21,066 nucleotides of DNA from UHGV virus genome UHGV-0139471. The stretch is one strand, 5' to 3'. This stretch comes from a virus. Positions 15,617 through 21,066 of the stretch are shown here, piece after piece. Each line of letters begins with the position of its first letter. The first letter of the stretch is position 1. The notes under the pieces are model-generated. The model made no database searches, had not been told where the DNA came from, and worked only from the letters and a program-made list of their open reading frames with translations. Position numbers and translations under genes: made by a program.

Positions 15617-16323
15617 GAGCCGGTAGCCAGATTCAGGCCATTGTTGAGCAGGCGCTTAATTCAGCGCTTTTTTCGCTTGAGGCAACGATTGTTTCCGTCA
15701 GCGGCGGGCGGGCAACTGTCCAGCCATCCCCAAAACGCATATTCGGTGACAACTCGGAGCCGATTGCTTATCCGGCTGTTGAAAACGTTCGTTTAGTTTC
15801 GCTCGTCTGGGATAGCGGTAAGTCAGGCGTTAGCGGGCGAGTTTCTCCGGGGGATGAATGTCTCCTTATCGCACTTTCTCACGGAGACGGCGACGAGCCA
15901 GACCATAAGACCATTTCAAACGCTATCGCTATATGTGGATTTTCAGACGTTGCCAGCCACCAGATGCCGGATGAGGCAGGATTAAGAGTGTTCAGCGGTA
16001 GCGCCTTTATTGAATGGGATGACGGAAGCATTAAGGGCGATACCGGGCAAGGCGCAACTTTCGAGTTTACGGGCAACAAAATGACCGTTAACGCGCCGGG
16101 CGGTATCGATATGACAGCGCCAATGACAACCATAAACGGGAATTTGACGATTTCAGGATCCATCAGTCAGGGCGCAGAAGGTGGCGGCAATGCTGACTTT
16201 GGCGGCAACGTCACCATAACCGGCGATAGCAAAGCCGCTGACCACATCAGCGGCGGTAAGTCCTTCAATTCTCACACGCATAAAGAAAACGGTGAGGGCG
16301 GTCAGACCGACGCCCCGACATAA
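15613..16323 (+). CDS. baseplate spike protein (gpV / Mu gp45-like)
   Basis: ATG 15613 in ATGA overlap with the upstream stop; N-terminal OB-fold-like segment with GRVSPGDECLLIALSHGDGDEP (P-x-GD-x-V-L-V-x-F-x-GD pattern of V-type spikes); Gly-rich beta-helix-like C-terminus ending in an H-x-H apex motif (NSHTHKENGEGG). Confidence 0.65.
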   Translation: MRAGSQIQAIVEQALNSALFSLEATIVSVSGGRATVQPSPKRIFGDNSEPIAYPAVENVRLVSLVWDSGKSGVSGRVSPGDECLLIALSHGDGDEPDHKTISNAIAICGFSDVASHQMPDEAGLRVFSGSAFIEWDDGSIKGDTGQGATFEFTGNKMTVNAPGGIDMTAPMTTINGNLTISGSISQGAEGGGNADFGGNVTITGDSKAADHISGGKSFNSHTHKENGEGGQTDAPT

Positions 16324-16332
16324 GGAAAAACC

Positions 16333-16710
16333 ATGAAATTAAATGACCATGCGGCACAAATCGCACTTTCTAACGGTGGCTTTCTGATGGCGGGTGACTA
16401 CAGCACAACCGTTAGCAAAGGCGAGATTATCAACATCACTGAGCGAACCGGGCTTGTAGTTGAGCGTGTCGAGTGCATCACCCTGATTAACGCGCCGTTG
16501 TATATGGTCATGGCGACGTGCAGGGAGAACAAAGACCAGTACATGCCATTTTACAGCGATTTGCCGTTTGAATTACCGCATCAAGCGGCGATGGCGCAAA
16601 TGTTAAATGATGCAGGCGAAGGCTTTGACCTTGATGACCTGCTGGATATTGAGTCGCTGGATTCTGCTGTGACGGTCGTCCACGTTGAAAAATGGATGCA
16701 CACCGAATGA
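16333..16710 (+). CDS. hypothetical protein (125 aa) within baseplate operon
   Basis: AAGGAAA Shine-Dalgarno; acidic C-terminus; no family recognised. Confidence 0.55.
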   Translation: MKLNDHAAQIALSNGGFLMAGDYSTTVSKGEIINITERTGLVVERVECITLINAPLYMVMATCRENKDQYMPFYSDLPFELPHQAAMAQMLNDAGEGFDLDDLLDIESLDSAVTVVHVEKWMHTE

Positions 16711-16925
16711 ACATCACAACAACTCAGTATCGACAGGGTTTAAAGGGCTGTTTCATTTCCGCAGAGAGGCCGCAGGCTGGCGACTCTCTGACGCTGGTAA
16801 TGCCAACATGCAGAGGGCGGCGCATTATCCCTGTTGGCGAGGTTCAGCGGGTCGAGGCTGTAGGTACTAGCCGTTGCCTCGTATGGGTTTCAAAGCTGGC
16901 ATTCGTTGAGGGGATGAATTACTGA
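16707..16925 (+). CDS. hypothetical small Cys-containing protein (72 aa)
   Basis: ATG at 16707 in ATGA overlap with the upstream stop (track shows a longer form from 16692); its stop overlaps the next ATG. Confidence 0.45.
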   Translation: MNITTTQYRQGLKGCFISAERPQAGDSLTLVMPTCRGRRIIPVGEVQRVEAVGTSRCLVWVSKLAFVEGMNY

Positions 16926-17272
16926 TGCTGGACATTATGCAGGATGAAAGCGGAGTCATTCTCCAAAATGGCGATTTGGTGTTGGATGGTGGCATTGATG
17001 GCATTGCACAGCAGGCAGAAATCCGCGTAGGTACTAATCGCGGCGAGTGGTGGCTTGATGAAACTCAGGGGTTGCCGTGGTTGCCTGGCATTATGGCGTC
17101 ACGTCTGCCGGTTTCGATTGTATCGAACATGATTAACGCAGAGGCTCGGCGAACTTCTGGTGTGACTGATGCAAGAACCACAACCATCAATGATGTTAAG
17201 GGGGATTACACGATCCGCTTTGCGGTTTATGTCGGTGCCGATAGTACGGAGGTAACGAGTGGAATTAATTAA
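16925..17272 (+). CDS. baseplate wedge protein (gp25/GpW-like or related small baseplate protein)
   Basis: 115 aa; segment RVGTNRGEWWLDETQGLPWLPG fits the T-x-x-GE ... P-x-x-G pattern of gp25-type proteins; lies directly before the large wedge-like gene. Confidence 0.5.
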   Translation: MLDIMQDESGVILQNGDLVLDGGIDGIAQQAEIRVGTNRGEWWLDETQGLPWLPGIMASRLPVSIVSNMINAEARRTSGVTDARTTTINDVKGDYTIRFAVYVGADSTEVTSGIN

Positions 17273-18668
17273 TGATGGCGGCTGGCACGGTGCCAGACTG
17301 CCAGAGCTGCGCGGCGACATTTACCAGAAATTGCGCGACCTTCTAGGGAATATAAGCCCGGACGGTGATTCCCTGATTGGTCAGGTTATGGCGGTTGTCG
17401 CTGAAAATGACCTGAATATAGTGGAGGCCATCGGCTGGACGTTTGCTGGTTTCTTCATTTCATCAGGTGAAGGCATCCAGCTTGACGGTATAGGCGAGGG
17501 GTTCACGCTTCCTCGCTATGGCTTAACCCGTTCATCTGCCGATGTGGTTTACCTGCTGGCTTCAGGGCAGGTAATCGCGTCTGGTGAGACTTTCACTATC
17601 TCCGGTATTTCTGGTGACTGGTCGCCGTCAGGCAGTATTCAGGCCAACGGTAAAAGTGCTACCGGGTTTGTGCTGGAGATTAAGTCTGATGCTATCACCA
17701 CGGGAAATACCTTCACCATATCCATCAACGGTAAGCCATATTCAACGCAGTACCAGACAGGCGATACGTCTGATTCGATTTTATCCAGGCTGTATCCCAT
17801 CATTGCCGCCGCTGATACGTCAGTAACCACATACTCAACAGAATACGGGTTATTGCTTTATGCAGCGGATGGTAAATCGCTCATCCAGTTTTCATTTTCT
17901 GATGATGTTTTTTCCATCGTCCGTACTGGAATGCCCGCAACAACATGGTATGACAGCGATACTGAGTTTCCTGATGTTCGATTCGGCTATGTGGCAACAG
18001 ATGACATTCTGATTCTAGCCAACGGTAGTAAAGGCTTTGAAATAGAAGATGACGAGCAATACAGAGAGCGTCTTTTCGAAGCAGCGGAGGCAGGGAGAAA
18101 GAATGTCAGCGCATCAAGACCGGGCATAAAAAACGCCGTTCTAGCTGTTGCTGGCGTGAGTTACGTCACTGTTAACACCAACAGAGGCATTGAGACAGAT
18201 GCTGATGGTCTGCCGGGGAAATCAGTTCAGGTGTTTGTTGCTGGGGGGGATAGCGATGCTATAGCGCAGGCCATATATGACGCGGCAGCGGCTGAGTGCG
18301 GTTTCTACGGCAACACATCGGGTACAGCAACTGACGGTACAACTACCGAAACAGTGTATTTCACTCGCCAGAGCTTCCAGCTTGTCTATGTTTCCGTTTC
18401 CGGTGATACATGGGATGCAGAGACAACAGGCAAGCCAGACGATTACGAGAGCGTAGCTAAAAGCGTTATCACTGGCTATTTCTCACAGCTTGAAATGGGG
18501 CGTGACGTTTTCGCAGGTCAAATATCTGCCCGTTTGGTTACGGCTTTTCCGACGATGACGGATGTAACAGTAACGGTAGGTACTTCTGAATCACCAACCG
18601 GAAAAACCGTTCCCATAAGTAGCGGTGTTGTCGCAGTTACAGATTCTACTTCTGTGGTGGTGTCGTAA
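17259..18668 (+). CDS. large baseplate wedge protein (J-like by position)
   Basis: 469 aa; GTG start with GGAGG at 6 nt spacing; synteny (after the W-like gene, before an I-like-sized gene); no motif confirmed by eye. Confidence 0.5.
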   Translation: MELINDGGWHGARLPELRGDIYQKLRDLLGNISPDGDSLIGQVMAVVAENDLNIVEAIGWTFAGFFISSGEGIQLDGIGEGFTLPRYGLTRSSADVVYLLASGQVIASGETFTISGISGDWSPSGSIQANGKSATGFVLEIKSDAITTGNTFTISINGKPYSTQYQTGDTSDSILSRLYPIIAAADTSVTTYSTEYGLLLYAADGKSLIQFSFSDDVFSIVRTGMPATTWYDSDTEFPDVRFGYVATDDILILANGSKGFEIEDDEQYRERLFEAAEAGRKNVSASRPGIKNAVLAVAGVSYVTVNTNRGIETDADGLPGKSVQVFVAGGDSDAIAQAIYDAAAAECGFYGNTSGTATDGTTTETVYFTRQSFQLVYVSVSGDTWDAETTGKPDDYESVAKSVITGYFSQLEMGRDVFAGQISARLVTAFPTMTDVTVTVGTSESPTGKTVPISSGVVAVTDSTSVVVS

Positions 18669-19423
18669 TGGAACCATCAATTAAAAAACCGGGTCAACTG
18701 GCAACTGAACGACTTACCTCAAAGGTCAGATTACAGAAAAATATCGACCTCGTTTCCGGTATCAAGGCCAACCAGCAGGGCATGGTTGATGCACTGGACT
18801 ATCTGAAAAAGGGTTTCTCAATTACTGATTCTTCGGGTCTTTTACTTGATGCATGGGGGGAGAGGTTCGCTATACCGCGAGAGGGCCGCGACGATGATAG
18901 TTACAGGATAGCTCTCTTGCAGGGTGCAGGGACGCAATCTGTTTCGCTTCAGTCACGCCGCGCTGTCGGTGGATTCATCCAGTTAGCCTACGGAATTGCA
19001 TGGCTGCGACTGAACAGGGTAGGGCTGACCACTGGCGCGGTGGGTGCGGCTTTCAACCGCGTACCGTTACGTGCTGTTTTCGTCCATTGTGGCGCGATGG
19101 CTCCAGATATCGAACTGCCGGAAACGCTGGTTGCGGCAACTTTTGCCGGGGATATATACAGCGCTGCAATACCTCCTAACGTCAAACTAACCCACCTCGC
19201 GCCAATGTTCCCCGGTAATGCGTTTCCGGCTGTGTGGGGTGGTATCAAGTACGAGAAGACGCAAAAAACCGTGATGGCTACAGCAACCAAAGGGATCCGT
19301 GTCACGGCGACAAAGTCACTTTTGACCCGGATAGCAGCTACACAAACCATTAATGAAAATGAGCTTGTGGAGCCATTCAACACGCTTGTAACAGTCAAAA
19401 AGATGAAGGTGACAAATGGATAG
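18668..19423 (+). CDS. baseplate/tail protein (gpI-like by position)
   Basis: 251 aa; TAATG overlap with the upstream gene; assignment by synteny only. Confidence 0.45.
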   Translation: MEPSIKKPGQLATERLTSKVRLQKNIDLVSGIKANQQGMVDALDYLKKGFSITDSSGLLLDAWGERFAIPREGRDDDSYRIALLQGAGTQSVSLQSRRAVGGFIQLAYGIAWLRLNRVGLTTGAVGAAFNRVPLRAVFVHCGAMAPDIELPETLVAATFAGDIYSAAIPPNVKLTHLAPMFPGNAFPAVWGGIKYEKTQKTVMATATKGIRVTATKSLLTRIAATQTINENELVEPFNTLVTVKKMKVTNG

Positions 19424-19649
19424 CTGGGCCAATACTGACAAAACTTACGCTGGTCAAGGTGGTGCTGATATTCCAAACAAGCAAGAGCCATCAGAGGAAA
19501 TGCAGGCTACCGGGTTCGCGCCGACCTACTTTGATGTAAATGGCAATCTGGTGTTTGGGGATGGGATAAGCGCTCAGGTAATGAATTACATCCTCAACGA
19601 CCTGTACAAAAAATATCAGGAGCTTTTAGCCAGGGTAGAAACACCATGA
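19416..19649 (+). CDS. small tail-associated protein, paralog A (77 aa)
   Basis: Shares GFAPTY ... G-x-L-x-x-GD ... N-x-I-x-NDLY with the next gene; overlaps the upstream stop. Confidence 0.5.
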   Translation: MDSWANTDKTYAGQGGADIPNKQEPSEEMQATGFAPTYFDVNGNLVFGDGISAQVMNYILNDLYKKYQELLARVETP

Positions 19650-19882
19650 ATACATTTTCGACCGTTGCTCGTAATTATCCTGTAAGTGGCGGAATTTATC
19701 CGAGCAAGAAACAACCATCGGCAGCGAAACAGGCCGATGGCTTTGCGCCAACTTACATTAATGCAGGCGGAAAATTGATTGAAGGGGATCCGGTTGACGT
19801 GGCGGAGCTTAACTTCATTTTTAACGACCTGTACGCGCAGGCGGCACACATTGACCAGCTTCTTACGGCTAAGGGGAAATAA
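19646..19882 (+). CDS. small tail-associated protein, paralog B (78 aa)
   Basis: ATGA overlap with paralog A; same conserved motifs (DGFAPTY, GD, NDLY). Confidence 0.5.
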   Translation: MNTFSTVARNYPVSGGIYPSKKQPSAAKQADGFAPTYINAGGKLIEGDPVDVAELNFIFNDLYAQAAHIDQLLTAKGK

Positions 19883-20514
19883 TGGCATTAACACCAGATG
19901 AGCTGATTGCGATATCAGACCTTGAGAAAGCACAGATTACAGACTCTGCTGTAGTGCCTGATTGGGTTCTTCCTGCTGAAGTCAGGGGCAGTAGCGCGCC
20001 AATAAACGGTATTCCGTACCCTCAGCACACCATTGACGTGTTTGGCGGGCTTCTCACTGGCGAATGGTCGCTTAAATTTCAGAACCCGTTACAGCGCGTT
20101 GTGTGCGATTTGGAGATATTCCATGGAGAGAATGCGCCAGATTCGACGCCACCAGACTTATCAGCGTTACAATTGACGGCGACCGGCTTTGATAAAGCTG
20201 TGATTTTTTGCCCCGCAAAGACGGTTACAGATGCAGTGCCGGTAAACTTTATGGGGCTGGCTGTTTCCGGCGTTACACCAGTGTACAGGCTGGGAGGAAA
20301 ACGCAGATTTCTGGAGCAGTCTGGAATGGTTGTTATCCCGCTTACCGTGATTCTACTGTCAACACAGCCGCTGACCAGTCAGGAAACAAGCAGGGCATTA
20401 TCCGTCACGCTGAAGCGCAGGAATGAGAATCAGATGACTGTAGCGCCAATTATCAGCGGAATGGTCTACAGTAACCCGCTACCTTCAGCCCGAGATATTG
20501 CGCAGGCGTCGTGA
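19882..20514 (+). CDS. hypothetical tail-associated protein (210 aa), last gene of the coupled operon
   Basis: TAATG overlap with paralog B; no family recognised. Too small for a canonical long tail fibre. Confidence 0.5.
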   Translation: MALTPDELIAISDLEKAQITDSAVVPDWVLPAEVRGSSAPINGIPYPQHTIDVFGGLLTGEWSLKFQNPLQRVVCDLEIFHGENAPDSTPPDLSALQLTATGFDKAVIFCPAKTVTDAVPVNFMGLAVSGVTPVYRLGGKRRFLEQSGMVVIPLTVILLSTQPLTSQETSRALSVTLKRRNENQMTVAPIISGMVYSNPLPSARDIAQAS

Positions 20515-20598
20515 CCGCTGAGAAATAAAAAACTCAATCTCTGATTTTGTGTCAACATTTCCCCGGTTTGTTATCAACAATTCGGGGATTTGTCTTTT

Positions 20599-20862
20599 AT
20601 GAAAGCAACAGCGCGTAAAAAACCAGCCTTCAAAGACTTCTACGAAAATGGCATGTTTTCAAGAGTCATTGCTACTCGCACCAATAATGGCAGGTGGCAA
20701 CTGTGCGGAATGCACAGAAATGGAGAAGCCGTGATATTTATTGAGGCAGCAAGAGGGGGGATAAGAGAGTGGTCTAGCCTGGAGTATTTATCCGAATTTT
20801 GTGATTCGATTGGGGTGGTTTTGTGGGAAGTTCACAGGGGGAAAAACAAAGTACAGGGGTAA
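20599..20862 (+). CDS. hypothetical protein (87 aa)
   Basis: ATG at 20599 (track ORF starts at TTG 20590); preceded by an inverted repeat tcccc ... gggga and followed by a terminator. Confidence 0.45.
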   Translation: MKATARKKPAFKDFYENGMFSRVIATRTNNGRWQLCGMHRNGEAVIFIEAARGGIREWSSLEYLSEFCDSIGVVLWEVHRGKNKVQG

Positions 20863-20876
20863 GAATTTTAAAATCA

Positions 20877-20904
20877 CCTCACTACGTTTTTGTAGTGAGG
20901 TTTT
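20877..20904. terminator. bidirectional terminator-like hairpin between convergent genes
   Basis: Stem cctcactac / gtagtgagg with loop gttttt; T-run downstream on the plus strand and A-run upstream, so a U-tract exists in both orientations. Confidence 0.55.
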
Positions 20905-20926
20905 GATAAATTATAAACTTGATTAA

Positions 20927-21066
20927 TTATTCAGAAGGAGGTTCATTCATCGCTATTTGAATCTGATTTTCCGCCTGTTCCAGCATACCAATACCGGACG
21001 TGTAATCAGGTGAAAACTCATACGAGCCGTAAAACTGCCAGGACACCCCATCAAAACTGCTGAACA
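20927..21066 (-). CDS. C-terminal end of a convergent minus-strand gene (partial, unknown function)
   Basis: Reverse-strand frame open from the window edge to TAA at 20929..20927 (... FSSFDGVSWQFYGSYEFSPDYTSGIGMLEQAENQIQIAMNEPPSE*); not in the ORF track because it is truncated. Confidence 0.35.
   Translation of the reverse strand, partial: FSSFDGVSWQFYGSYEFSPDYTSGIGMLEQAENQIQIAMNEPPSE

Noticed and set aside
16692-16925. PAAR-like spike-tip protein for the 72-aa Cys-containing ORF after the spike gene
   Set aside because: Position is suggestive but the sequence lacks the PAAR repeat motifs and is shorter than typical PAAR domains; left as hypothetical.
1-21066. CRISPR arrays, rRNA genes, IS elements or transposase genes
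   Set aside because: No regularly spaced direct repeats with unique spacers, no rRNA-like conserved stretches, and no transposase-like ORF or terminal inverted repeats were seen. The only tandem and dispersed repeats are the short ones reported above.

Overview
The window reads as a temperate-phage (prophage-like) region of an enterobacterial-type genome, mosaic and possibly defective. Left to right: (i) a leftward early operon (minus strand) with a Cro-like gene, a CII-like regulator, a replication initiator carrying iteron-like repeats inside its own coding sequence, a PerC-like regulator, a Dam-like N6-adenine methyltransferase and the start of a C5-cytosine methyltransferase; (ii) a divergent cI-like (LexA/S24-type) repressor flanked by three 14-bp CTAAG-N5-TTAG operator-like palindromes and pR-like / pL-like promoters; (iii) a visibly G+C-rich, ORF-poor segment of about 0.9 kb with two tRNA T-arm-like hairpins; (iv) a long rightward operon of tightly overlapping genes (YfdP/YfdQ-like proteins, an HD-domain phosphohydrolase, a ParB-like protein, a DUF3850-like protein, several unknowns); (v) an A+T-rich accessory module of very small membrane proteins plus a divergent tyrosine recombinase; (vi) a roughly 1 kb A+T-rich non-coding region with repeated motifs; (vii) a translationally coupled baseplate-like operon (spike, wedge-like proteins, two tandem paralogous small genes) with no sheath, tube or tape-measure genes in the window. 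No rRNA, tRNA, CRISPR array or recognisable IS element was seen. All family assignments come from reading motifs by eye, without database searches. The candidates I would put forward for a previously undescribed system are the ORF-poor structured segment (4984-5890) and the A+T-rich recombinase module with its adjacent repeat-bearing region (11309-14662); neither is established.
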